Assembly: GCA_964057225.1 (NCBI GenBank)
Contig: OZ059894.1
Location: 2,976,001-3,040,000, forward strand
Direction of reading: 5' to 3'
Source of the DNA: Auanema rhodensis
Taxonomy: Eukaryota > Animalia > Nematoda
DNA: 64,000 bases
Of this stretch, positions 12,601 to 26,673 are shown piece by piece. A program made the translations under genes and the position numbers. The notes beneath the pieces are model-generated. The model did no database searches. It was not told the DNA's origin and was given only the letters and a program-made list of their open reading frames with translations. Each line of letters begins with the position of its first letter. The stretch's first letter is position 1.

Positions 12601-15600
12601 CATTGTCCATCGTCTTTGCCTTGAAAAAAAAAATCTAAAAACATCTACTTTTTGCTAAATTATTTTGAAATTTTTCGAAAAAATTTTTGTCAAAATGTTT
12701 TTGGAAGCAATGTTGAGTGTACATGGAAACTCAACATACACTAATGCATCATTTTTCAAACGATCATAACTAATTTTTGTATTAAGCGTTTTTCAATGTA
12801 GAATAGTGCATTCGATGCGGATTTTTAAGCTGCGTCGATCTGTGTTATCAGATTTGCGCTAGCTTGAAAATGCACCGAGATATCAACTGATATAAGTTCA
12901 CACTTATATCCTCGATTTTCACCCTGAAGAATTAATTTTTTCGTTGAATAACATTGTCCATCGTCTTTGCCTTGAAAAAAGGAATCTAAAAACATCTACT
13001 TTTCGCTAAACTATTTTGAAATTTTTCGAAAAAATTTTTGTCAAAATGTTTTTGGAAGCAATGTTGAGTGTACATGGAAACTCAACATACACTAATGCAT
13101 CATTTTTCAAACGATCATAACTAATTTTTGTATTAAGCGTTTTTCAATGTAGTATAGTGCATTCGATGCGGATTTTTAAGCTGCGTCGAGCTGTGTTATC
13201 AGATTTGCGCTAGCTTAAAAATGCACCGAGATATCAACTGATATAAGTTCACACATATATCCTCGATTTTCACCCTGAAGAATTAATTTTTTCGATGAAT
13301 AACATTGTCCATCGTCTTTGCCTTGAAAAAAGGAATCTAAAAACATCTACTTTTCGCTAAATTATTTTGAAATTTTTCGAAAAAATTTTTGTCAAAATGT
13401 TTTTGGAAGCAATGTTGAGTGTACATGGAAACTCAACATACACTAATGCATCATTTTTCAAACGATCATAACTAATTTTTGTATTAAGCGTTTTTCAATG
13501 TAGTATAGTGCATTCGATGCGGATTTTTAAGCTGCGTCGAGCTGTGTTATCAGATTTGCGCTAGCTTAAAAATGCACCGAGATATCAACTGATATAAGTT
13601 CACACATATATCCTCGATTTTCACCCTGAAGAATTAATTTTTTCGATGAATAACATTGTCCATCGTCTTTGCCTTGAAAAAAGGAATCTAAAAACATCTA
13701 CTTTTCGCTAAATTATTTTGAAATTTTTCGAAAAAATTTTTGTCAAAATGTTTTTGGAAGCAATGTTGAGTGTACATGGAAACTCAACATACACTAATGC
13801 ATCATTTTTCAAACGATCATAACTAATTTTTGTATTAAGCGTTTTTCAATGTAGAATAGTGCATTCGATGCGGATTTTTAAGCTGCGTCGATCTGTGTTA
13901 TCAGATTTGCGCTAGCTTGAAAATGCACCGAGATATCAACTGATATAAGTTCACACTTATATCCTCGATTTTCACCCTGAAGAATTAATTTTTTCGTTGA
14001 ATAACATTGTCCATCGTCTTTGCCTTGAAAAAAGGAATCTAAAAACATCTACTTTTCGCTAAATTATTTTGAAATTTTTCGAAAAAATTTTTGTCAAAAT
14101 GTTTTTGGAAGCAATGTTGAGTGTACATGGAAACTCAACATACACTAATGCATCATTTTTCAAACGATCATAACTAATTTTTGTATTAAGCGTTTTTCAA
14201 TGTAGTATAGTGCATTCGATGCGGATTTTCAAGCTGCGTCGATCTGTGTTATCAGATTTGCGCTAGCTTAAAAATGCACCGAGATATCAACTGATATAAG
14301 TTCACACTTATATCCTCGATTTTCACCCTGAAGAATTAATTTTTTCGATGAATAACATTGTCCATCGTCTTTGCCTTGAAAAAAGGAATCTAAAAACATC
14401 TACTTTTCGCTAAATTATTTTGAAATTTTTCGAAAAAATTTTTGTCAAAATGTTTTTGGAAGCAATGTTGAGTGTACATGGAAACTCAACATACACTAAT
14501 GCATCATTTTTCAAACGATCATAACTAATTTTTGTATTAAGCGTTTTTCAATGTAGTATAGTGCATTCGATGCGGATTTTTAAGCTGCGTCGATCTGTGT
14601 TATCCGATTTGCGCTAGCTGAAAAATGCACCGAGATATCAACTGATATAAGTTCACACTTATATCCTCGATTTTCACCCTGAAGAATTAATTTTTTCGTT
14701 GAATAACATTGTCCATCGTCTTTGCCTTGAAAAAAGGAATCTAAAAACATCTACTTTTTGCTAAATTATTTTGAAATTTTTCGAAAAAATTTTTGTCAAA
14801 ATGTTTTTGGAAGCAATGTTGAGTGTACATGGAAACTCAACATACACTAATGCATCATTTTTCAAACGATCATAACTAATTTTTGTATTAAGCGTTTTTC
14901 AATGTAGAATAGTGCATTCGATGCGGATTTTTAAGCTGCGTCGATCTGTGTTATCAGATTTGCGCTAGCTTGAAAATGCACCGAGATATCAACTGATATA
15001 AGTTCACACTTATATCCTCGATTTTCACCCTGAAGAATTAATTTTTTCGTTGAATAACATTGTCCATCGTCTTTGCCTTGAAAAAAGGAATCTAAAAACA
15101 TCTACTTTTCGCTAAACTATTTTGAAATTTTTCGAAAAAATTTTTGTCAAAATGTTTTTGGAAGCAATGTTGAGTGTACATGGAAACTCAACATACACTA
15201 ATGCATCATTTTTCAAACGATCATAACTAATTTTTGTATTAAGCGTTTTTCAATGTAGTATAGTGCATTCGATGCGGATTTTTAAGCTGCGTCGAGCTGT
15301 GTTATCAGATTTGCGCTAGCTTAAAAATGCACCGAGATATCAACTGATATAAGTTCACACATATATCCTCGATTTTCACCCTGAAGAATTAATTTTTTCG
15401 ATGAATAACATTGTCCATCGTCTTTGCCTTGAAAAAAGGAATCTAAAAACATCTACTTTTCGCTAAATTATTTTGAAATTTTTCGAAAAAATTTTTGTCA
15501 AAATGTTTTTGGAAGCAATGTTGAGTGTACATGGAAACTCAACATACACTAATGCATCATTTTTCAAACGATCATAACTAATTTTTGTATTAAGCGTTTT

Positions 15601-16144
15601 TCAATGTAGTATAGTGCATTCGATGCGGATTTTTAAGCTGCGTCGAGCTGTGTTATCAGATTTGCGCTAGCTTAAAAATGCACCGAGATATCAACTGATA
15701 TAAGTTCACACATATATCCTCGATTTTCACCCTGAAGAATTAATTTTTTCGATGAATAACATTGTCCATCGTCTTTGCCTTGAAAAAAGGAATCTAAAAA
15801 CATCTACTTTTCGCTAAATTATTTTGAAATTTTTCGAAAAAATTTTTGTCAAAATGTTTTTGGAAGCAATGTTGAGTGTACATGGAAACTCAACATACAC
15901 TAATGCATCATTTTTCAAACGATCATAACTAATTTTTGTATTAAGCGTTTTTCAATGTAGAATAGTGCATTCGATGCGGATTTTTAAGCTGCGTCGATCT
16001 GTGTTATCAGATTTGCGCTAGCTTGAAAATGCACCGAGATATCAACTGATATAAGTTCACACTTATATCCTCGATTTTCACCCTGAAGAATTAATTTTTT
16101 CGTTGAATAACATTGTCCATCGTCTTTGCCTTGAAAAAAGGAAT
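3670..16144. repeat. Higher-order repeat zone: 12-mer (4212 bp) duplication containing a 7-mer unit, followed by a 6-mer derivative
   Basis: The rare marker taaaCtatt lies at 6342, 10554, 13011 and 15117 (again at 19329). Spacings are 4212, 2457, 2106 and 4212 bp, i.e. 12, 7, 6 and 12 monomers. Flanking variants co-repeat. Confidence 0.88.
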
Positions 16145-19100
16145 CTAAAAACATCTACTTTTCGCTAAATTATTTTGAAATTTTTCGAAAAAATTTTTGT
16201 CAAAATGTTTTTGGAAGCAATGTTGAGTGTACATGGAAACTCAACATACACTAATGCATCATTTTTCAAACGATCATAACTAATTTTTGTATTAAGCGTT
16301 TTTCAATGTAGTATAGTGCATTCGATGCGGATTTTCAAGCTGCGTCGATCTGTGTTATCAGATTTGCGCTAGCTTAAAAATGCACCGAGATATCAACTGA
16401 TATAAGTTCACACTTATATCCTCGATTTTCACCCTGAAGAATTAATTTTTTCGATGAATAACATTGTCCATCGTCTTTGCCTTGAAAAAAGGAATCTAAA
16501 AACATCTACTTTTCGCTAAATTATTTTGAAATTTTTCGAAAAAATTTTTGTCAAAATGTTTTTGGAAGCAATGTTGAGTGTACATGGAAACTCAACATAC
16601 ACTAATGCATCATTTTTCAAACGATCATAACTAATTTTTGTATTGAGCGTTTTTCAATGTAGTATAGTGCATTCGATGCGGATTTTTAAGCTGCGTCGAG
16701 CTGTGTTATCAGATTTGCGCTAGCTTAAAAATGCACCGAGATATCAACTGATATAAGTTCACACATATATCCTCGATTTTCACCCTGAAGAATTAATTTT
16801 TTCGTTGAATAACATTGTCCATCGTCTTTGCCTTGAAAAAAGGAATCTAAAAACATCTACTTTTCGCTAAATTATTTTGAAATTTTTCGAAAAAATTTTT
16901 GTCAAAATGTTTTTGGAAGTAATGTTGAGTGTACATGGAAACTCAACATACACTAATGCATCATTTTTCAAACAATCATAACTAATTTTTGTATTAAGCG
17001 TTTTTCAATGTAGTATAGTGCATTCGATGCGGATTTTCAAGCTGCGTCGATCTGTGTTATCAGATTTGCGCTAGCTTGAAAATGCACCGAGATATCAACT
17101 GATATAAGTTCACACTTATATCCTCGATTTTCACCCTGAAGAATTAATTTTTTCGTTGAATAACATTGTCCATCGTCTTTGCCTTGAAAAAAGGAATCTA
17201 AAAACATCTACTTTTCGCTAAATTATTTTGAAATTTTTCGAAAAAATTTTTGTCAAAATGTTTTTGGAAGCAATGTTGAGTGTACATGGAAACTCAACAT
17301 ACACTAATGCATCATTTTTCAAACGATCATAACTAATTTTTGTATTAAGCGTTTTTCAATGTAGTATAGTGCATTCGATGCGGATTTTCAAGCTGCGTCG
17401 ATCTGTGTTATCAGATTTGCGCTAGCTTAAAAATGCACCGAGATATCAACTGATATAAGTTCACACTTATATCCTCGATTTTCACCCTGAAGAATTAATT
17501 TTTTCGATGAATAACATTGTCCATCGTCTTTGCCTTGAAAAAAGGAATCTAAAAACATCTACTTTTCGCTAAATTATTTTGAAATTTTTCGAAAAAATTT
17601 TTGTCAAAATGTTTTTGGAAGCAATGTTGAGTGTACATGGAAACTCAACATACACTAATGCATCATTTTTCAAACGATCATAACTAATTTTTGTATTGAG
17701 CGTTTTTCAATGTAGTGTAGTGCATTCGATGCGGATTTTTAAGCTGCGTCGAGCTGTGTTATCAGATTTGCGCTAGCTTAAAAATGCACCGAGATATCAA
17801 CTGATATAAGTTCACACATATATCCTCGATTTTCACCCTGAAGAATTAATTTTTTCGTTGAATAACATTGTCCATCGTCTTTGCCTTGAAAAAAGGAATC
17901 TAAAAACATCTACTTTTCGCTAAATTATTTTGAAATTTTTCGAAAAAATTTTTGTCAAAATGTTTTTGGAAGTAATGTTGAGTGTACATGGAAACTCAAC
18001 ATACACTAATGCATCATTTTTCAAACAATCATAACTAATTTTTGTATTAAGCGTTTTTCAATGTAGTATAGTGCAGTCGATGCGGATTTTCAAGCTGCGT
18101 CGATCTGTGTTATCAGATTTGCGCTAGCTTAAAAATGCACCGAGATATCAACTGATATAAGTTCACACTTATATCCTCGATTTTCACCCTGAAGAATTAA
18201 TTTTTTCGATGAATAACATTGTCCATCGTCTTTGCCTTGAAAAAAAGAATCTAAAAACATCTACTTTTTGCTAAATTATTTTGAAATTTTTCGAAAAAAT
18301 TTTTGTCAAAATGTTTTTGGAAGCAATGTTGAGTGTACATGGAAACTCAACATACACTAACGCATCATTTTTCAAACAATCATAACTAATTTTTGTATTA
18401 AGCGTTTTTCAATGTAGTATAGTGCATTCGATGCGGATTTTCAAGCTGCGTCGATCTGTGTTATCAGATTTGCGCTAGCTTAAAAATGCACCGAGATATC
18501 AACTGATATAAGTTCACACTTATATCCTCGATTTTCACCCTGAAGAATTAATTTTTTCGATGAATAACATTGTCCATCGTCTTTGCCTTGAAAAAAGGAA
18601 TCTAAAAACATCTACTTTTCGCTAAATTATTTTGAAATTTTTCGAAAAAATTTTTGTCAAAATGTTTTTGGAAGCAATGTTGAGTGTACATGGAAACTCA
18701 ACATACACTAATGCATCATTTTTCAAACGATCATAACTAATTTTTGTATTAAGCGTTTTTCAATGTAGTATAGTGCATTCGATGCGGATTTTTAAGCTGC
18801 GTCGATCTGTGTTATCCGATTTGCGCTAGCTGAAAAATGCACCGAGATATCAACTGATATAAGTTCACACTTATATCCTCGATTTTCACCCTGAAGAATT
18901 AATTTTTTCGTTGAATAACATTGTCCATCGTCTTTGCCTTGAAAAAAAAAATTTAAAAACATCTACTTTTTGCTAAATTATTTTGAAATTTTTCGAAAAA
19001 ATTTTTGTCAAAATGTTTTTGGAAGCAATGTTGAGTGTACATGGAAACTCAACATACACTAATGCATCATTTTTCAAACGATCATAACTAATTTTTGTAT

Positions 19101-22100
19101 TAAGCGTTTTTCAATGTAGAATAGTGCATTCGATGCGGATTTTTAAGCTGCGTCGATCTGTGTTATCAGATTTGCGCTAGCTTGAAAATGCACCGAGATA
19201 TCAACTGATATAAGTTCACACTTATATCCTCGATTTTCACCCTGAAGAATTAATTTTTTCGTTGAATAACATTGTCCATCGTCTTTGCCTTGAAAAAAGG
19301 AATCTAAAAACATCTACTTTTCGCTAAACTATTTTGAAATTTTTCGAAAAAATTTTTGTCAAAATGTTTTTGGAAGCAATGTTGAGTGTACATGGAAACT
19401 CAACATACACTAATGCATCATTTTTCAAACGATCATAACTAATTTTTGTATTAAGCGTTTTTCAATGTAGTATAGTGCATTCGATGCGGATTTTTAAGCT
19501 GCGTCGAGCTGTGTTATCAGATTTGCGCTAGCTTAAAAATGCACCGAGATATCAACTGATATAAGTTCACACATATATCCTCGATTTTCACCCTGAAGAA
19601 TTAATTTTTTCGATGAATAACATTGTCCATCGTCTTTGCCTTGAAAAAAGGAATCTAAAAACATCTACTTTTCGCTAAATTATTTTGAAATTTTTCGAAA
19701 AAATTTTTGTCAAAATGTTTTTGGAAGCAATGTTGAGTGTACATGGAAACTCAACATACACTAATGCATCATTTTTCAAACGATCATAACTAATTTTTGT
19801 ATTAAGCGTTTTTCAATGTAGTATAGTGCATTCGATGCGGATTTTTAAGCTGCGTCGAGCTGTGTTATCAGATTTGCGCTAGCTTAAAAATGCACCGAGA
19901 TATCAACTGATATAAGTTCACACATATATCCTCGATTTTCACCCTGAAGAATTAATTTTTTCGATGAATAACATTGTCCATCGTCTTTGCCTTGAAAAAA
20001 GGAATCTAAAAACATCTACTTTTCGCTAAATTATTTTGAAATTTTTCGAAAAAATTTTTGTCAAAATGTTTTTGGAAGCAATGTTGAGTGTACATGGAAA
20101 CTCAACATACACTAATGCATCATTTTTCAAACGATCATAACTAATTTTTGTATTAAGCGTTTTTCAATGTAGAATAGTGCATTCGATGCGGATTTTTAAG
20201 CTGCGTCGATCTGTGTTATCAGATTTGCGCTAGCTTGAAAATGCACCGAGATATCAACTGATATAAGTTCACACTTATATCCTCGATTTTCACCCTGAAG
20301 AATTAATTTTTTCGTTGAATAACATTGTCCATCGTCTTTGCCTTGAAAAAAGGAATCTAAAAACATCTACTTTTCGCTAAATTATTTTGAAATTTTTCGA
20401 AAAAATTTTTGTCAAAATGTTTTTGGAAGCAATGTTGAGTGTACATGGAAACTCAACATACACTAATGCATCATTTTTCAAACGATCATAACTAATTTTT
20501 GTATTAAGCGTTTTTCAATGTAGTATAGTGCATTCGATGCGGATTTTCAAGCTGCGTCGATCTGTGTTATCAGATTTGCGCTAGCTTAAAAATGCACCGA
20601 GATATCAACTGATATAAGTTCACACTTATATCCTCGATTTTCACCCTGAAGAATTAATTTTTTCGATGAATAACATTGTCCATCGTCTTTGCCTTGAAAA
20701 AAGGAATCTAAAAACATCTACTTTTCGCTAAATTATTTTGAAATTTTTCGAAAAAATTTTTGTCAAAATGTTTTTGGAAGCAATGTTGAGTGTACATGGA
20801 AACTCAACATACACTAATGCATCATTTTTCAAACGATCATAACTAATTTTTGTATTGAGCGTTTTTCAATGTAGTGTAGTGCATTCGATGCGGATTTTTA
20901 AGCTGCGTCGAGCTGTGTTATCAGATTTGCGCTAGCTTAAAAATGCACCGAGATATCAACTGATATAAGTTCACACATATATCCTCGATTTTCACCCTGA
21001 AGAATTAATTTTTTCGTTGAATAACATTGTCCATCGTCTTTGCCTTGAAAAAAGGAATCTAAAACATCTACTTTTCGCTAAATTATTTTGAAATTTTTCG
21101 AAAAAATTTTTGTCAAAATGTTTTTGGAAGCAATGTTGAGTGTACATGGAAACTCAACATACACTAATGCATCATTTTTCAAACGATCATAACTAATTTT
21201 TGTATTAAGCGTTTTTCAATGTAGTATAGTGCATTCGATGCGGATTTTCAAGCTGCGTCGATCTGTGTTATCAGATTTGCGCTAGCTTAAAAATGCACCG
21301 AGATATCAACTGATATAAGTTCACACTTATATCCTCGATTTTCACCCTGAAGAATTAATTTTTTCGATGAATAACATTGTCCATCGTCTTTGCCTTGAAA
21401 AAAGGAATCTAAAAACATCTACTTTTCGCTAAATTATTTTGAAATTTTTCGAAAAAATTTTTGTCAAAATGTTTTTGGAAGCAATGTTGAGTGTACATGG
21501 AAACTCAACATACACTAATGCATCATTTTTCAAACGATCATAACTAATTTTTGTATTGAGCGTTTTTCAATGTAGTGTAGTGCATTCGATGCGGATTTTT
21601 AAGCTGCGTCGAGCTGTGTTATCAGATTTGCGCTAGCTTAAAAATGCACCGAGATATCAACTGATATAAGTTCACACATATATCCTCGATTTTCACCCTG
21701 AAGAATTAATTTTTTCGTTGAATAACATTGTCCATCGTCTTTGCCTTGAAAAAAGGAATCTAAAAACATCTACTTTTCGCTAAATTATTTTGAAATTTTT
21801 CGAAAAAATTTTTGTCAAAATGTTTTTGGAAGTAATGTTGAGTGTACATGGAAACTCAACATACACTAATGCATCATTTTTCAAACAATCATAACTAATT
21901 TTTGTATTAAGCGTTTTTCAATGTAGTATAGTGCAGTCGATGCGGATTTTCAAGCTGCGTCGATCTGTGTTATCAGATTTGCGCTAGCTTAAAAATGCAC
22001 CGAGATATCAACTGATATAAGTTCACACTTATATCCTCGATTTTCACCCTGAAGAATTAATTTTTTCGATGAATAACATTGTCCATCGTCTTTGCCTTGA

Positions 22101-24216
22101 AAAAAAGAATCTAAAAACATCTACTTTTTGCTAAATTATTTTGAAATTTTTCGAAAAAATTTTTGTCAAAATGTTTTTGGAAGCAATGTTGAGTGTACAT
22201 GGAAACTCAACATACACTAACGCATCATTTTTCAAACAATCATAACTAATTTTTGTATTAAGCGTTTTTCAATGTAGTATAGTGCATTCGATGCGGATTT
22301 TCAAGCTGCGTCGATCTGTGTTATCAGATTTGCGCTAGCTTAAAAATGCACCGAGATATCAACTGATATAAGTTCACACTTATATCCTCGATTTTCACCC
22401 TGAAGAATTAATTTTTTCGATGAATAACATTGTCCATCGTCTTTGCCTTGAAAAAAGGAATCTAAAAACATCTACTTTTCGCTAAATTATTTTGAAATTT
22501 TTCGAAAAAATTTTTGTCAAAATGTTTTTGGAAGCAATGTTGAGTGTACATGGAAACTCAACATACACTAATGCATCATTTTTCAAACAATCATAACTAT
22601 TTTTTGTATTAAGCGTTTTTCAATGTAGTATAGTGCAGTCGATGCGGATTTTCAAGCTGCGTCGATCTGTGTTATCAGATTTGCGCTAGCTTAAAAATGC
22701 ACCGAGATATCAACTGATATAAGTTCACACTTATATCCTCGATTTTCACCCTGAAGAATTAATTTTTTCGATGAATAACATTGTCCATCGTCTTTGCCTT
22801 GAAAAAAAGAATCTAAAAACATCTACTTTTTGCTAAATTATTTTGAAATTTTTCGAAAAAATTTTTGTCAAAATGTTTTTGGAAGCAATGTTGAGTGTAC
22901 ATGGAAACTCAACATACACTAACGCATCATTTTTCAAACAATCATAACTAATTTTTGTATTAAGCGTTTTTCAATGTAGTATAGTGCATTCGATGCGGAT
23001 TTTCAAGCTGCGTCGATCTGTGTTATCAGATTTGCGCTAGCTTAAAAATGCACCGAGATATCAACTGATATAAGTTCACACTTATATCCTCGATTTTCAC
23101 CCTGAAGAATTAATTTTTTCGATGAATAACATTGTCCATCGTCTTTGCCTTGAAAAAAGGAATCTAAAAACATCTACTTTTCGCTAAATTATTTTGAAAT
23201 TTTTCGAAAAAATTTTTGTCAAAATGTTTTTGGAAGCAATGTTGAGTGTACATGGAAACTCAACATACACTAATGCATCATTTTTCAAACAATCATAACT
23301 ATTTTTTGTATTAAGCGTTTTTCAATGTAGTATAGTGCATTCGATGCGGATTTTCAAGCTGCGTCGATCTGTGTTATCAGATTTGCGCTAGCTTAAAAAT
23401 GCACCGAGATATCAACTGATATAAGTTCACACTTATATCCTCGATTTTCACCCTGAAGAATTAATTTTTTCGATGAATAACATTGTCCATCGTCTTTGCC
23501 TTGAAAAAAGGAATCTAAAAACATCTACTTTTCGCTAAATTATTTTGAAATTTTTCGAAAAAATTTTTGTCAAAATGTTTTTGGAAGCAATGTTGAGTGT
23601 ACATGGAAACTCAACATACACTGATGCATCATTTTTCAAACAATCATAACTATTTTTTGTATTAAGCGTTTTTCAATATAGTATAGTGCATCCGATGCGG
23701 ATTTTTAAGCTGCGTCGATCTGTGTTATCCGATTTGCGCTAGCTGAAAAATGCACCGAGATATCAACTGATATAAGTTCACACTTATATCCTCGATTTTC
23801 ACCCTGAAGAATTAATTTTTTCGTTGAATAACATTGTCCATCGTCTTTGCCTTGAAAAAAAGAATCTAAAAACATCTACTTTTCGCTAAATTATTTTGAA
23901 ATTTTTCGAAAAAATTTTTGTCAAAATGTTTTTGGAAGCAATGTTGAGTGTACATGGAAACTCAACATACACTAACGCATCATTTTTCAAACAATCATAA
24001 CTAATTTTTGTATTAAGCGTTTTTCAATGTAGTATAGTGCATTCGATGCGGATTTTTAAGCTGCGTCGATCTGTGTTATCCGATTTGCGCTAGCTGAAAA
24101 ATGCACCGAGATATCAACTGATATAAGTTCACACTTATATCCTCGATTTTCACCCTGAAGAATTAATTTTTTCGTTGAATAACATTGTCCATCGTCTTTG
24201 CCTTGAAAAAAAGAAT

Positions 24217-26673
24217 CTAAAAACATCTACTTTTTGCTAAATTATTTTGAAATTTTTCGAAAAAATTTTTGTCAAAATGTTTTTGGAAGCAATGTTGAGT
24301 GTACATGGAAACTCAACATACACTAACGCATCATTTTTCAAACAATCATAACTAATTTTTGTATTAAGCGTTTTTCAATGTAGTATAGTGCATTCGATGC
24401 GGATTTTCAAGCTGCGTCGATCTGTGTTATCAGATTTGCGCTAGCTTAAAAATGCACCGAGATATCAACTGATATAAGTTCACACTTATATCCTCGATTT
24501 TCACCCTGAAGAATTAATTTTTTCGATGAATAACATTGTCCATCGTCTTTGCCTTGAAAAAAGGAATCTAAAAACATCTACTTTTCGCTAAATTATTTTG
24601 AAATTTTTCGAAAAAATTTTTGTCAAAATGTTTTTGGAAGCAATGTTGAGTGTACATGGAAACTCAACATACACTAATGCATCATTTTTCAAACAATCAT
24701 AACTATTTTTTGTATTAAGCGTTTTTCAATGTAGTATAGTGCATTCGATGCGGATTTTCAAGCTGCGTCGATCTGTGTTATCAGATTTGCGCTAGCTTAA
24801 AAATGCACCGAGATATCAACTGATATAAGTTCACACTTATATCCTCGATTTTCACCCTGAAGAATTAATTTTTTCGATGAATAACATTGTCCATCGTCTT
24901 TGCCTTGAAAAAAGGAATCTAAAAACATCTACTTCTCGCTAAATTATTTTGAAATTTTTCGAAAAAATTTTTGTCAAAATGTTTTTGGAAGCAATGTTGA
25001 GTGTACATGGAAACTCAACATACACTAACGCATCATTTTTCAAACAATCATAACTAATTTTTGTATTAAGCGTTTTTCAATGTAGTATAGTGCATTCGAT
25101 GCGGATTTTCAAGCTGCGTCGATCTGTGTTATCAGATTTGCGCTAGCTTAAAAATGCACCGAGATATCAACTGATATAAGTTCACACTTATATCCTCGAT
25201 TTTCACCCTGAAGAATTAATTTTTTCGATGAATAACATTGTCCATCGTCTTTGCCTTGAAAAAAGGAATCTAAAAACATCTACTTTTCGCTAAATTATTT
25301 TGAAATTTTTCGAAAAAATTTTTGTCAAAATGTTTTTGGAAGCAATGTTGAGTGTACATGGAAACTCAACATACACTAATGCATCATTTTTCAAACAATC
25401 ATAACTATTTTTTGTATTAAGCGTTTTTCAATGTAGTATAGTGCATTCGATGCGGATTTTCAAGCTGCGTCGATCTGTGTTATCAGATTTGCGCTAGCTT
25501 AAAAATGCACCGAGATATCAACTGATATAAGTTCACACTTATATCCTCGATTTTCACCCTGAAGAATTAATTTTTTCGATGAATAACATTGTCCATCGTC
25601 TTTGCCTTGAAAAAAGGAATCTAAAAACATCTACTTTTCGCTAAATTATTTTGAAATTTTTCGAAAAAATTTTTGTCAAAATGTTTTTGGAAGCAATGTT
25701 GAGTGTACATGGAAACTCAACATACACTAACGCATCATTTTTCAAACAATCATAACTAATTTTTGTATTAAGCGTTTTTCAATGTAGTATAGTGCATTCG
25801 ATGCGGATTTTCAAGCTGCGTCGATCTGTGTTATCAGATTTGCGCTAGCTTAAAAATGCACCGAGATATCAACTGATATAAGTTCACACTTATATCCTCG
25901 ATTTTCACCCTGAAGAATTAATTTTTTCGATGAATAACATTGTCCATCGTCTTTGCCTTGAAAAAAGGAATCTAAAAACATCTACTTTTCGCTAAATTAT
26001 TTTGAAATTTTTCGAAAAAATTTTTGTCAAAATGTTTTTGGAAGCAATGTTGAGTGTACATGGAAACTCAACATACACTAATGCATCATTTTTCAAACAA
26101 TCATAACTATTTTTTGTATTAAGCGTTTTTCAATGTAGTATAGTGCATTCGATGCGGATTTTCAAGCTGCGTCGATCTGTGTTATCAGATTTGCGCTAGC
26201 TTAAAAATGCACCGAGATATCAACTGATATAAGTTCACACTTATATCCTCGATTTTCACCCTGAAGAATTAATTTTTTCGATGAATAACATTGTCCATCG
26301 TCTTTGCCTTGAAAAAAGGAATCTAAAAACATCTACTTTTCGCTAAATTATTTTGAAATTTTTCGAAAAAATTTTTGTCAAAATGTTTTTGGAAGCAATG
26401 TTGAGTGTACATGGAAACTCAACATACACTAACGCATCATTTTTCAAACAATCATAACTAATTTTTGTATTAAGCGTTTTTCAATGTAGTATAGTGCATT
26501 CGATGCGGATTTTCAAGCTGCGTCGATCTGTGTTATCAGATTTGCGCTAGCTTAAAAATGCACCGAGATATCAACTGATATAAGTTCACACTTATATCCT
26601 CGATTTTCACCCTGAAGAATTAATTTTTTCGATGAATAACATTGTCCATCGTCTTTGCCTTGAAAAAAGGAAT
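24217..26673. repeat. Dimeric (702 bp) higher-order repeat, about 3.5 copies
   Basis: ctaaCgcat occurs in monomers starting 24217, 24919, 25621 and 26323, alternating with aactaTtttt in monomers starting 24568, 25270 and 25972. Confidence 0.88.
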
